Assembly: GCA_038534195.1 (NCBI GenBank)
Contig: JBCAXE010000014.1
Coordinates: 2,604-66,603, forward strand
DNA: 64,000 bases
Direction of reading: 5' to 3'
Source of the DNA: Pseudomonadota bacterium
Lineage (GTDB): Bacteria > Pseudomonadota > Alphaproteobacteria > Caulobacterales > Parvularculaceae
The translations under genes and the position numbers were made by a program. The notes beneath the pieces were generated by a model. The model was not told the origin of the DNA and made no database searches. It saw only the letters and a program-made list of their open reading frames with translations. Positions 37,747 to 47,071 of the stretch are shown piece after piece (within the stretch, counting starts at the first letter, position 1; every line of letters begins with the position of its first letter).

Positions 37747-38592
37747 ATGCCCAACAGTTCAACCGACAAAAGCTTTTCCCATGATCACGTCGTTCTCGAT
37801 GATGGCGCGGTCGCTTTCAAATGCTCAGATGACGAAGAAAAATGGACATGGCTGAAGCTGCACCCGGCGAACAATATCGTCGTGCAGATGATGAATTATT
37901 GGTGTTCGGTGGAAACGGGTAGCGCGCGGGGGACCCTTGATCCGGACAAATGGTCGGCCTTGACGCAATGCTCATGGCGCACCTTTGCTCTGGCGCCGAA
38001 CGCAAGCCATGCGACGCATGGCGTCGCGCTGCCGAGCGCCGACGAAACGGCGCCCAGTTTCAACATGATTTTCTTCGGCGCCGACGGCGGACCTGTCTAT
38101 CGCCTGAATGGCGCCGGCGTCGTCTTCCAGACCCGCGATTTTGAAAGCTGGCGCGCCAAGGCGAAAGCGAAGGCGGCGCTGCTGCCGGACCCGGACGGGT
38201 TTGCGCCCGCATCGCCGGACAGGCTTGGCGTTGAGACACCGATCGAATGTCTCGTCTCGGATGTTCACGATATTGACGGTGCGCAAAGCGTTGAGGCGCT
38301 TGTGACGAAAGAAAACGGCTTCGCGCCGGGCCACCCCTATCACGGCGGTTCCGGCGATCACGTGAACGCCGGGCATCTGCTGGATGCGGCTCAACAGGCC
38401 GCGCGCATTTTGAGCGGCGGGCGGATGACGGTCTGCGCCGGCGGGGAGGCTGCATTTCGCCACTATGTGGAATTGGGTCGCGCCTTTCGGATTACAAAAG
38501 CGGCTGAGCCGGCGCCGGACGAAATTGCGCTCACTTTCCATCAGGGCGACCAGCTTTGCGCAAACGTCACAATGAAATTCGCATCGCTATGA
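37747..38592 (+). CDS. Uncharacterised 281-aa protein between nuoD and nuoE (C-half hotdog-dehydratase-like)
   Basis: I recognise no canonical family. The C-half segment GFAPGHPYHGGSGDHVNAGHLLDAAQQAARIL resembles the His-containing helix region of FabA/FabZ-type hotdog folds. It is on the same strand as nuo and tightly packed. Confidence 0.6.
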   Translation: MPNSSTDKSFSHDHVVLDDGAVAFKCSDDEEKWTWLKLHPANNIVVQMMNYWCSVETGSARGTLDPDKWSALTQCSWRTFALAPNASHATHGVALPSADETAPSFNMIFFGADGGPVYRLNGAGVVFQTRDFESWRAKAKAKAALLPDPDGFAPASPDRLGVETPIECLVSDVHDIDGAQSVEALVTKENGFAPGHPYHGGSGDHVNAGHLLDAAQQAARILSGGRMTVCAGGEAAFRHYVELGRAFRITKAAEPAPDEIALTFHQGDQLCANVTMKFASL

Positions 38593-38846
38593 CCAAAATC
38601 CGCTGCGGCACCCACGGCAAGCAAGATGAGACTTACGTTTGCCGGCATATCATCGACGCCGTCAAAGAGGATGAACCCCGTGGCTTCCATTGGAATGTGG
38701 CAGGCGGCGTCAATCAGGCGTTGTGCACCGCCTGCAACAATATGAGCGACGAGGAATTCGCCGCCGCAGAGGCGGATATAATAGCGACTTTGTGTTTCGG
38801 TTGTTTTCAGGAAGCAGCAGCGCTAAACGGCATAGAGATCGCCTGA
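38589..38846 (+). CDS. Small Cys-rich protein (85 aa, two CxxC pairs)
   Basis: MTKIRCGTHGKQDETYVCRH...CTACNN...CFGCF. The ATG overlaps the upstream stop (ATGA at 38589-38592). Confidence 0.55.
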   Translation: MTKIRCGTHGKQDETYVCRHIIDAVKEDEPRGFHWNVAGGVNQALCTACNNMSDEEFAAAEADIIATLCFGCFQEAAALNGIEIA

Positions 38847-38864
38847 CCAGAAAACGAGGGGCCC

Positions 38865-39545
38865 ATGGCCGCCAGAAAACCAGCAAAAGAACAACCGGAC
38901 GCCTTCGCGTGGAGCGACGCAAACCGCGAGTGGTGCGATGTCCAAATGAAGAAGTTTCCGGAAGGCCGCCAAGTGTCCTGTGTGATTCCGTTCCTGTGGC
39001 GCGGTCAAAAACAGGAAGGCTGGATTTCTATCCCGATGATGGAGGCGATCGCGAAACAGCTCGATATGCCGTATATCCGCGTCTACGAAGTGGCGACATT
39101 TTACACCATGTTCAATCTCGAACCGGTGGGTGAGTTCTTTGTGCAGGTGTGCGGCACGACCCCGTGCATGTTGCGCGGCGCCCATGATTTACGAGAGGTA
39201 TGTAAAAAGGAAATCGGGCCCGAGAGTGTCGTGTCCGACGACGGTAAGCTTTCCTGGCTCGAAGTAGAATGTCTCGGCGCCTGTGTGAACGCGCCGATGA
39301 TCCAGATTTCTACTAAAGACGGCGATCATTACTACGAAGATCTGACAGCAGATGTTTTCGAGGAAATGCTTGGTAAACTTCGCGCAGGCGAGGAAGTAAA
39401 GATCGGGACCGCCAATCCGCGTCGCCACACATCTGATCCGGAAGGGGAGAATACATCTTTAGTTGATCCTGCGCTCTATGATGGGACGGCGGCGGCGCCG
39501 ATCCAAGAGCTTCCAAATTCTCGCCCTCCAGCGCCAGCGGAATAG
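38865..39545 (+). CDS. nuoE: NADH-quinone oxidoreductase subunit E
   Basis: Motifs YEVATFYTMFNLEPVGEFFVQVCGTTPCMLRGA and LEVECLGACVNAPM (2Fe-2S ligands). Confidence 0.95.
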   Translation: MAARKPAKEQPDAFAWSDANREWCDVQMKKFPEGRQVSCVIPFLWRGQKQEGWISIPMMEAIAKQLDMPYIRVYEVATFYTMFNLEPVGEFFVQVCGTTPCMLRGAHDLREVCKKEIGPESVVSDDGKLSWLEVECLGACVNAPMIQISTKDGDHYYEDLTADVFEEMLGKLRAGEEVKIGTANPRRHTSDPEGENTSLVDPALYDGTAAAPIQELPNSRPPAPAE

Positions 39546-39573
39546 CGCGATGACGCCGCTTGGGCCAAGATAG

Positions 39574-39816
39574 ATGGATTTCGACAAAGATAAACGCAAA
39601 GCCGCCGTGCGCGCCCTGATCAACATCGCGATACTGGAAGGCGGACTTATCTTCGCTGTTATCGGTGTTTATCTTTACACAGATAATATAAATTACCTGA
39701 TTTTGGGCCTGATTGGCGTATTGCTTATTTTCGGTCCGGTTTATTTCCGGTTCGTCAAAAGCCACGGTGGTGCGCTGCGGCGATCGTCCTCTGACAAGAA
39801 CGATATTGATCTATGA
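39574..39816 (+). CDS. Small membrane protein (80 aa, two TM helices) between nuoE and nuoF
   Basis: Hydrophobic segments ALINIAILEGGLIFAVIGVYLY and LILGLIGVLLIFGPVYF. ATGA-coupled to the next gene (39813-39816). Confidence 0.5.
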   Translation: MDFDKDKRKAAVRALINIAILEGGLIFAVIGVYLYTDNINYLILGLIGVLLIFGPVYFRFVKSHGGALRRSSSDKNDIDL

Positions 39817-40256
39817 GCGACGAGAGCTCATTCGCTGCAGGGACAGGGACGGCCCTTGATCAATTTACGATGCCGGCCTGTTCTAAAACGCTAGGCTATG
39901 AATTTGTTTCTGTTGATCGCGACGCTCAGACCATGGAGGTCCGCTTCACCGCGACGGCCGATATGGTCAATCCCATGGGTAACGTACAGGGTGGGTTCCT
40001 GATGGCGATGCTCGACGATGTGATGGGATCGATGATGGTGGTCCTCACGGACGCCAAAAAAGGACCAGTATCGGTTGACTTCCACACGCAGTTCTTGCGC
40101 CCGGCGAAGGTCGGCGTTTTTGTCGGGAAGGGGCGCGTTAAGCATATGACAAATTCGACCGTCTTTACTGAGGCGACGCTTTATAGCACTGACGGCGAAG
40201 CGGTGGCCTCCGCCGTGCAAAGCCAACGGCTGTTTCCGATCCGGGGGAGTAGATGA
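39813..40256 (+). CDS. PaaI/4HBT-type hotdog thioesterase
   Basis: Motif NPMGNVQGGFLMAMLDDVMGSMMVVL is characteristic of PaaI-family thioesterases. 147 aa. Confidence 0.75.
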   Translation: MSDESSFAAGTGTALDQFTMPACSKTLGYEFVSVDRDAQTMEVRFTATADMVNPMGNVQGGFLMAMLDDVMGSMMVVLTDAKKGPVSVDFHTQFLRPAKVGVFVGKGRVKHMTNSTVFTEATLYSTDGEAVASAVQSQRLFPIRGSR

Positions 40257-40489
40257 GCAACAATGCAGATCGTGATCAGGGTCCTCACTACATTCCGGAA
40301 CTTGATCCGGACAATTCAAAATGGCCGAAGCCGCTGAACCGCCGACCCATGTGGATCGCCCTTACGATCAGCTTTGTTCTGATGGCGGCGGGCGTCGCGG
40401 CCTTTTTCCTCGGATTTCCTGAGGTTGGGGTGATCATTTTCCTCCTCGGATTGCTGGTGCTCGCGCCGTTTGTCGCCTTTATTGGCTGA
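40253..40489 (+). CDS. Small membrane protein (78 aa, two TM helices)
   Basis: MWIALTISFVLMAAGVAAFFLGF and VGVIIFLLGLLVLAPFVAFIG. ATGA-coupled to the thioesterase gene (40253-40256). Confidence 0.5.
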   Translation: MSNNADRDQGPHYIPELDPDNSKWPKPLNRRPMWIALTISFVLMAAGVAAFFLGFPEVGVIIFLLGLLVLAPFVAFIG

Positions 40490-40535
40490 CAAAAGCTGCT
40501 AAACCCCTGCTATCGGCAGAGAAACGAGACAACCC

Positions 40536-41840
40536 ATGCTCCAGGACAAAGACCGCATTTTTACGAACCTCTACGGCCTCCATGATTGGCGGCTGGAAGC
40601 GGCGAAGCGGCGCGGCGCGTGGAACGGAACGGCCGACATTATCCAGATGGGACATGACTGGATCATCCAGCAAATCAAGGACTCCGGCTTGCGTGGCCGT
40701 GGCGGCGCCGGTTTTCCGACAGGACTCAAATGGTCGTTTATGCCGAAAGAGGTCGGCGATCGTCCGCATTATCTTGTGGTCAATGCGGATGAATCGGAAC
40801 CTGGCACGTGTAAAGACCGCGACATCATGCGCCACGACCCGCACCTCTTCATCGAAGGATGCCTGGTTGCGTCTTACGCCATGAAAGCGAATGCTTGTTA
40901 CGTCTACCTGCGCGGCGAATATGTGGACGAACGCGAGACGCTGCAGGCGGCAGTGGACGAAGCATACGCGGCGGGGCTTCTTGGCAAGAATGCTGCGGGC
41001 TCTGGATGGGACTTTGACCTCTATGTTCACCATGGCGCCGGGGCGTATATTTGCGGTGAAGAAACCGCGCTCCTTGAGAGCCTGGAAGGCAAGAAGGGTC
41101 AGCCGCGCCTGAAGCCGCCCTTTCCCGCCGGGGCCGGCCTTTACGGATGCCCGACTACCGTGAACAATGTGGAATCTATTGCCGTCTGTCCAACGATCAT
41201 CCGGCGCGGCGCGGACTGGTTTAAAAAATTCGGCCGCGAGAATAACGCCGGCACGAAAGTCTTCTGCATATCCGGTCATGTGGAGCGGCCATGCAATGTG
41301 GAAGAGGAAATGTCTATTCCGCTAAAGACGCTTATCGAAACTCATTGCGGCGGCGTCGCGGGCGGTTGGGAAAATCTGAAAGCGGTGATCCCGGGCGGGT
41401 CGTCGGTTCCGCTTCTGCCGAAAGAGATTTGTGACGACGTCCTTATGGATTTCGATGCGTTGCGCGACGTCAAGTCCGGTCTTGGCACGGCGGCCGTCAT
41501 TGTTATGGATAAATCGACCGATGTGGTCCGGGCGATTTCGCGCATTTCCTATTTTTACAAACATGAAAGTTGTGGTCAGTGCACCCCATGCCGTGAAGGC
41601 ACCGGCTGGATGTGGCGGGTCCTAGAGCGCATGGCTGTCGGCGATTCATCGACAGCGGAAATTGACAAGCTGCTGGACGTCGCCGGGCAGATTGAGGGGC
41701 ATACGATTTGCGCGCTGGGCGACGCCGCTGCGTGGCCCGTGCAGGGATTAATTCGGCACTTCCGCCACGAAATCGAAGAACGTATTAATACGTATCGGAA
41801 TGATCGGCCGCATGTGGCCGTAGGCGTCGCCGCTGAATAG
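40536..41840 (+). CDS. nuoF: NADH-quinone oxidoreductase subunit F
   Basis: 434 aa with [16 protein letters not shown] (FMN/NADH site) and [15 protein letters not shown] (N3 cluster). Confidence 0.97.
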   Translation: MLQDKDRIFTNLYGLHDWRLEAAKRRGAWNGTADIIQMGHDWIIQQIKDSGLRGRGGAGFPTGLKWSFMPKEVGDRPHYLVVNADESEPGTCKDRDIMRHDPHLFIEGCLVASYAMKANACYVYLRGEYVDERETLQAAVDEAYAAGLLGKNAAGSGWDFDLYVHHGAGAYICGEETALLESLEGKKGQPRLKPPFPAGAGLYGCPTTVNNVESIAVCPTIIRRGADWFKKFGRENNAGTKVFCISGHVERPCNVEEEMSIPLKTLIETHCGGVAGGWENLKAVIPGGSSVPLLPKEICDDVLMDFDALRDVKSGLGTAAVIVMDKSTDVVRAISRISYFYKHESCGQCTPCREGTGWMWRVLERMAVGDSSTAEIDKLLDVAGQIEGHTICALGDAAAWPVQGLIRHFRHEIEERINTYRNDRPHVAVGVAAE

Positions 41841-41841
41841 C

Positions 41842-42381
41842 ATGGCTCCGCGTATCCGGCTTGCCGAAACTGAAGACGCGGCCGCCTTATCGGCGCTCGG
41901 CAGAGCAACTTTCACGGGCGCGTTCGGATTTCTTTATAAGCCTGAAGATCTCTCTCTTTTTTTTGACAAGAACCACTCAGTTGACGTCTATGCACAGCGC
42001 CTTTCCGATCCGGCGCACCGGGTCTGGGTGCTTGAGGGCGACGAAAAAACCCTTCTCGGTTATGCGTCCGTGGGGCCATGCGGACTCCCAGTGCCCAATA
42101 TGCCAGAGCGCGCGGGCGAACTCGAGCGCTTCTATATTCGCCACGGTCACCAGGGCGGCGGGTACGGCGGGCGCATGTTGGAGCTGGCGCTCGCTTGGTT
42201 AGATAAACAATACGAGTACACGTATCTCAGCGTCTTTTATGCAAACCACGGCGCGCAACGGCTGTACAAGCGTTTTGGCTTCAGGATTATCCACGAATAC
42301 CGGTATAAGGTGGGAAATCAGGCGGACCCGGAATATATCATGGAGCGCGTTCGTCCAGATAGCGCGCCTGACGAGCATTAA
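41842..42381 (+). CDS. GNAT-family N-acetyltransferase
   Basis: Acetyl-CoA motif region FYIRHGHQGGGYGGRMLELALAWL and NHGAQRLYKRFGF. It starts 1 nt after the nuoF stop. Confidence 0.8.
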   Translation: MAPRIRLAETEDAAALSALGRATFTGAFGFLYKPEDLSLFFDKNHSVDVYAQRLSDPAHRVWVLEGDEKTLLGYASVGPCGLPVPNMPERAGELERFYIRHGHQGGGYGGRMLELALAWLDKQYEYTYLSVFYANHGAQRLYKRFGFRIIHEYRYKVGNQADPEYIMERVRPDSAPDEH

Positions 42382-43067
42382 TAGCGCGGCAGTACGAAAT
42401 GCCCGATCCAGCCGTCCCGCTCATAGGACCTTGATGATTTATTAGCGTACTGAATAGAACGCCATTCCTTTGTTGTCGTTGCTGTCAGAGTAGCGAGAAT
42501 CATTGTTTTTGCATCCTCGGTCGGATCGTTTTTGACAAGCAAGACGTCGCCGCCCACCTCCGGCGGTCTCGCGGGATCGACCCACACAATTTCGCCAGCG
42601 TGGAAGCGCGGCGACATCACATCGTCCGGCGAATAGAAGCCAAACACCTTTGCGGCGTTCTGGAAATAGGGCGCGCGTTGTTTGCGATCAATCGGCGAGT
42701 TAGCACTATGTAAAGTCCAGCTGCCGTCGAAATTCGTTGTCGCCTCGTAAATCGGCGCGGTATCAGATTCAGTCGCTGATCGGCGGTAGCTTTCCCGATT
42801 GTCCTCCCGGAAACCATCGGCAGGGGCAAAGCCTGCCGAAACACCAAGGTAGGCGGCGATTTTCTCGGCTTCAGCGAATTTCAATTGCCGTTCGCCGTTC
42901 AGTAGCCTTGTGATAGCGGATTTATCAACGTTTAGCGCACGCGCAATGCCTGTTCGTGTTTTGGTCGGATCACGCTCCAACGCCTTTAAAATCCATTCAA
43001 TATCCGCTTGCATGGACCGCAAGATGTCGGGCGTTGGATGGAAAATCGATTGTGAAAATCGCAACAT
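42378..43067 (-). CDS. CI/LexA-like repressor (N-terminal HTH, C-terminal S24-like domain), on the strand opposite to nuo
   Basis: HTH segment TRTGIARALNVDKSAITRLLNGERQLKFAEAEKIAAYLGV. C-terminal segment DDVMSPRFHAGEIVWVDPARPPEVGGDVLLVKND resembles the S24 peptidase fold, with atypical Ser placement. An alternative start lies at 43013. Confidence 0.65.
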   Translation of the reverse strand: MLRFSQSIFHPTPDILRSMQADIEWILKALERDPTKTRTGIARALNVDKSAITRLLNGERQLKFAEAEKIAAYLGVSAGFAPADGFREDNRESYRRSATESDTAPIYEATTNFDGSWTLHSANSPIDRKQRAPYFQNAAKVFGFYSPDDVMSPRFHAGEIVWVDPARPPEVGGDVLLVKNDPTEDAKTMILATLTATTTKEWRSIQYANKSSRSYERDGWIGHFVLPRY

Positions 43068-43175
43068 ACTGCCTAAAGGTTGTAGAAATCACAATAATCG
43101 ACCTTTAATATATATTCTTTAGATTCTGCAACCAGGTGGTGCAGGCGCCTTTTGTCAACCAAAGAAGGGAATGCG

Positions 43176-43412
43176 ATGACAGATTTGGATGCTATCGCTG
43201 ACGTGCAAAAAAAAATGACAGCGCAATTGAATGAAATGGAAAGTCGCTTGGCGTTGATCCATGAAGAGTTGCGCGAAACGGCTTCTAACGTCACGCGCCT
43301 AAAGCTAATGGCCGGCAATGCGAAAGCCGTCGAGGAACACCGGACCGCCGCCCTTGAGGGCCTAACCGAGACACTGACGCGTATCGAAAGTCTCCTCCAG
43401 AATTCGCCCTGA
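43176..43412 (+). CDS. Small coiled-coil protein (78 aa), divergent from the repressor
   Basis: MTDLDAIADVQKKMTAQLNEMESRLALIHEELRETASNVTRL... The ATG at 43176 follows AAAGAAGGGA. The track start (TTG at 43152) is less likely. Confidence 0.45.
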   Translation: MTDLDAIADVQKKMTAQLNEMESRLALIHEELRETASNVTRLKLMAGNAKAVEEHRTAALEGLTETLTRIESLLQNSP

Positions 43413-43550
43413 TGGTTGCGTTCTCGGCGAAAAATGCGACTGCGAAAACGCGACATTTTTTTGCTCGTTGAACAGCCCACATCCGCTGGAATCAGCGTCG
43501 AAATCCAGCTAGATAATTTGTGAATTCCATAGAGCAGGCGCAGCTATCTC

Positions 43551-45653
43551 ATGAGCGATACCCGAGTTATCAAGGTCAATGGCGACGAAATCGAAGTTAG
43601 GTCTGATCTGACTCTGCTTCAGGCGTGTGAAGAGGCGGGAGAGGAAATTCCCCGCTTTTGCTACCACGAACGCCTTTCGGTCGCCGGCAATTGTCGAATG
43701 TGCCTGATCGAAGTGAAAGGTGGTCCGCCCAAGCCGGTCGCCTCCTGTGCTCAGAATGTGCGTGATTTGCGCCCTGGACCCGACGGTGCGCCGCCGGAGC
43801 TGTTCACCAATACGCCCATGGTGAAAAAAGCCCGCGAAGGCGTCATGGAGTTTCTCCTGATCAATCATCCGCTCGACTGCCCGATCTGTGATCAGGGCGG
43901 CGAATGCGATCTGCAGGATCAGGCGATGGCATATGGACGCGACGGAACCCGCTTTGAAGAAAACAAACGTGCGGTGGAAGAAAAACATATGGGCCCGCTG
44001 ATCAAGACCATCATGACGCGGTGCATTCAGTGTACGCGGTGTGTGCGTTTTGCAACGGAGGTGGCGGGCGTCGATGATTTGGGGTTGGTCAATCGGGGCG
44101 AGAACGCTGAGATCACGACCTATCTTGAAAAAGCGGTCGAGAGCGAGCTAACCGGCAATTTGATCGACGTCTGCCCAGTCGGCGCGCTGACGTCAAAGCC
44201 TTACGCCTTTAATGCGCGGCCTTGGGAATTGACGAAGACCGAGACTATCGACGTGATGGACGCTGTGGGATCAAACATTCGCATCGATACGCGTGGGCGT
44301 GAAGTCCTTCGAATTTTGCCGCGTCTTCATGAAGATGTGAATGAGGAATGGATATCCGACAAAACGCGATTCATCTGGGATGGATTGAAGACCCAGCGTC
44401 TTGATCAGCCTTACATTCGCGAGCACGGGAAATTACGTCCGGCGTCTTGGGAGGAGGCGTTGCGCGTCGCGGGTGAGAAACTGTCAACGACGCCTGCGGA
44501 CCGGGTCGCCGCTATCGCTGGCGATCTCGTTTCTGCGGAAGCGGTCAAAGCGTTAAAGGATTTGATGGGCGCCATCGGAACACCGCATCTCGATTGCCGC
44601 CAGGACGGAGCGCTCCTCGGCGGCGAACGGCCTGCTTATCTCTTCAATTCAGGCATTGCCGGCATTGAGCACGCGGACGCGATCCTTCTGATCGGCGCAA
44701 ATCCCCGGATCGAAGCGCCGCTTGTCAATGCGCGACTCCGCAAGAGTTGGCTCGACAAACTGCATCTGAGAATTGGCCTTATCGGTCAGGAGGCCGCGTT
44801 CACATATGATTACGATTATCTCGGCGCTGGTCCGGCCACATTGAAGTCACTGGCGCAAGGCGAGGGGACATTCTTCGATGTGCTGAAGAACGCGGAGCGA
44901 CCCGCCATTATTGTCGGATTAGGCGCGCTCACCCGCGACGACGGGCCTGCGGTCCTAGCGCTGGCGGCTCAATTGGCGAACTCTGTCGGCGCCGTCACGC
45001 CTGACTGGAATGGCTTTAATATTCTGCATACGGCGGCTGGCCGGGTCGGCGCCCTTGATCTCGGCTTTCTGCCAGGTGAAGGCGGACGTGATATCTCAGG
45101 TATTCTACAAGGCGCTCAGGACAGGGAAATTGACGTCATCTATAATCTAGGCGCCGATGAAATCGACACGGCGAAATTTGGCGGCGCCTTCGTGATCTAC
45201 CAGGGGCATCACGGCGACGCAGGCGCTCGAAAAGCTGACGTCATTTTCCCTGCGGCAGCGTATACGGAACAAAATGGAACTTATGTGAATATGGAAGGAC
45301 GCGTCCAAATTGCGCGGCGCGCCCATTTCCCGTTCGGCGAAGCGCGCGAAGGTTGGGCGATCATTCGCGCCCTGTCGGATCGCGTGGGCAATACACTGCC
45401 CTATGACGATTTGTTCAGTTTGCGGCAGGCGATGATTGAAGATGCGCCGGTGCTTGGCCGGCTGGATCAGGGTCCAGCCAAGGAAGGCGTTGAATTTGAT
45501 GTGACGAAAATTGGCGTCGCCGGAGAAATTACGGATGCGCCGTTCGTTAGTGCTGTTCAGAATTTTTATTTGACCAATCCGATCGCTCGCGCCTCGAAGA
45601 CGATGGCGGAATGTGCGGCGTCGGCTGACGCCGTTAAGATGGCGGCTGAATAG
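43551..45653 (+). CDS. nuoG: NADH-quinone oxidoreductase subunit G
   Basis: 700 aa with an N-terminal 2Fe-2S/4Fe-4S Cys pattern ([19 protein letters not shown]; [18 protein letters not shown]; [11 protein letters not shown]) and a molybdopterin-like C-domain. Confidence 0.97.
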   Translation: MSDTRVIKVNGDEIEVRSDLTLLQACEEAGEEIPRFCYHERLSVAGNCRMCLIEVKGGPPKPVASCAQNVRDLRPGPDGAPPELFTNTPMVKKAREGVMEFLLINHPLDCPICDQGGECDLQDQAMAYGRDGTRFEENKRAVEEKHMGPLIKTIMTRCIQCTRCVRFATEVAGVDDLGLVNRGENAEITTYLEKAVESELTGNLIDVCPVGALTSKPYAFNARPWELTKTETIDVMDAVGSNIRIDTRGREVLRILPRLHEDVNEEWISDKTRFIWDGLKTQRLDQPYIREHGKLRPASWEEALRVAGEKLSTTPADRVAAIAGDLVSAEAVKALKDLMGAIGTPHLDCRQDGALLGGERPAYLFNSGIAGIEHADAILLIGANPRIEAPLVNARLRKSWLDKLHLRIGLIGQEAAFTYDYDYLGAGPATLKSLAQGEGTFFDVLKNAERPAIIVGLGALTRDDGPAVLALAAQLANSVGAVTPDWNGFNILHTAAGRVGALDLGFLPGEGGRDISGILQGAQDREIDVIYNLGADEIDTAKFGGAFVIYQGHHGDAGARKADVIFPAAAYTEQNGTYVNMEGRVQIARRAHFPFGEAREGWAIIRALSDRVGNTLPYDDLFSLRQAMIEDAPVLGRLDQGPAKEGVEFDVTKIGVAGEITDAPFVSAVQNFYLTNPIARASKTMAECAASADAVKMAAE

Positions 45654-45655
45654 AG

Positions 45656-46174
45656 GTGACGCGCGAAACCGTTTCAGCGCAAACGGTCCATGCGAGCATC
45701 CGCAGTCGGATCGCCTTTGAAAAACTGGTTCTTTCTGTTCTTTACGGCGCGCTGATCAGCGCCACGCTTTTCCTGGCGTGGCAAGTTCTAGCGATGATTT
45801 TTGCAGCGTCAGTGAACCTTGCCGCTTTCGCACGGCTTGCATTCGCTACAATCTATTATGCGTTTCTTGTGTTTCTCGGCGGATTTCTCGCCGCGGTGGG
45901 TATTGGAATGCCATTGTTCGAACTATTGGAGCGGCGCAAATTTCGGAAAGCGTGGCCTTACTTTATCGCCGCGATCATCGTGAGCCTCGCACTGTTGGCG
46001 CTGCTCCGGAACGGCGCCATTTTTACGGAAGAACCCATTGCCGAGACCGTATTCGTCGTGGCGCCCGGAATGCTCATTGCGACCATTTTCACCAATCTCA
46101 TCCGTCCGGTTTGGTGGGATGCGGAATTGGCTGAAGCTGAGACGCCTTCCGCCAACATTGTGCGTATCCACTAG
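45656..46174 (+). CDS. Hydrophobic membrane protein of unknown function following nuoG
   Basis: GTG start 2 nt after the nuoG stop. About 4 TM helices and no NuoH signature. Confidence 0.5.
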   Translation: MTRETVSAQTVHASIRSRIAFEKLVLSVLYGALISATLFLAWQVLAMIFAASVNLAAFARLAFATIYYAFLVFLGGFLAAVGIGMPLFELLERRKFRKAWPYFIAAIIVSLALLALLRNGAIFTEEPIAETVFVVAPGMLIATIFTNLIRPVWWDAELAEAETPSANIVRIH

Positions 46175-47016
46175 TACCCCAATTTTTTCGGGTTCTTGCT
46201 GAATAGAAAATCACCCGCGAGGCCAAGTCGCTTGCAAGCAAGCACCGGCGGCGATAAGGGCAGAGGCGTCCGGTCGGCGATGCGCGCAAGCCGGTGGACT
46301 ATGGCCGCGCTCCTTTTACTTAACCGATAGTGCGAAAGACCCAGGCGCTTGTGCAATGGCGGCGGCAGTATTTCGACCGCGGCGCGCACAAGGAGATCTC
46401 GCGGCGCCGGCAGCGCAGCGCGCAAGACGCTCAAGAAATCTTCAATCACGGGCGTTGCACTAATTACGGCATCCGTTGCTGCGAATAGTGCTGCGCGTTC
46501 GTTTTCGGATGTGGGCGCGGCGGTTGCGCCATAAAGCGTCGCAGCTATTGAGCCTTCTCGGTAAAACTGATCGCGTTCTGCTGGCGAGAGAGGGTTTGCG
46601 AACTTGTGGTACGCCTCAAGAAAACCGTAGCTCGCTGTTGCTTGCACCCAAGTGAGTAGTGAGGGGTCGAGAGCGCTGTACGGAAGACCGTCCGGCGTCA
46701 CGCCGCGTACATTGTGGTGCATGCGGCCCACCTGTGTGATCACTTCGCGCGCGGTTTCTTCAGGCCCATAAACAGTCACCATGGCCGCCAAGCCCGTTCG
46801 ACGCATCCGCCGCAAAGGTTTTGTCCGAAAGCTTGAATGTCCCCAAACGCCGGCGCGAACCTGCGGATGCGCAAGTTCGAGCAAGACTGCGGCGACGCCG
46901 CCAACCGCCACGGTGACCGGGTTTTTGAAAACCCGCCATGACACAGATGTTGGCGGGGTCAGCGCGGCCGCGCCTCTTGGCGCGCCGAAGTCGATATCCA
47001 CGCTCAAGTACTTCAT
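46171..47016 (-). CDS. DUF2236 / MpaB-type oxygenase family protein
   Basis: Pattern SWRVFKNPVTVAVGGVAAVLLELAHPQVRAGVWGHSSF...RMRRTGLAAMVTVYG...VGRMHHNVRG is typical of DUF2236 proteins. Confidence 0.7.
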   Translation of the reverse strand: MKYLSVDIDFGAPRGAAALTPPTSVSWRVFKNPVTVAVGGVAAVLLELAHPQVRAGVWGHSSFRTKPLRRMRRTGLAAMVTVYGPEETAREVITQVGRMHHNVRGVTPDGLPYSALDPSLLTWVQATASYGFLEAYHKFANPLSPAERDQFYREGSIAATLYGATAAPTSENERAALFAATDAVISATPVIEDFLSVLRAALPAPRDLLVRAAVEILPPPLHKRLGLSHYRLSKRSAAIVHRLARIADRTPLPLSPPVLACKRLGLAGDFLFSKNPKKLGY

Positions 47017-47071
47017 AATTGATAAATAGGAGACGCAAGGGACCGCATGAAGGCGAAAATTCGCCGGGGTT

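Noticed and set aside
40479-41279. Long antisense ORFs opposite real genes. Examples: 266 aa opposite nuoF, 36450-37016 opposite nuoD, 37972-38541, 28442-28984 opposite flgK, 6089-6700 opposite DUF1217, 43509-43988 opposite nuoG
   Set aside because: These are typical shadow ORFs of GC-rich coding regions, with Arg/Ala/Pro-rich low-complexity translations. They have no RBS or recognisable motif, and the opposite strand carries unambiguous conserved proteins.
43425-43470. Possible intrinsic terminator (AAAAATGCGACTGCGAAAACGCGACATTTTTTT) between the coiled-coil ORF and nuoG
   Set aside because: The GC parts are direct rather than inverted repeats (GCGAC...GCGAC). Only an A/T stem can pair, so a stable hairpin is not supported.
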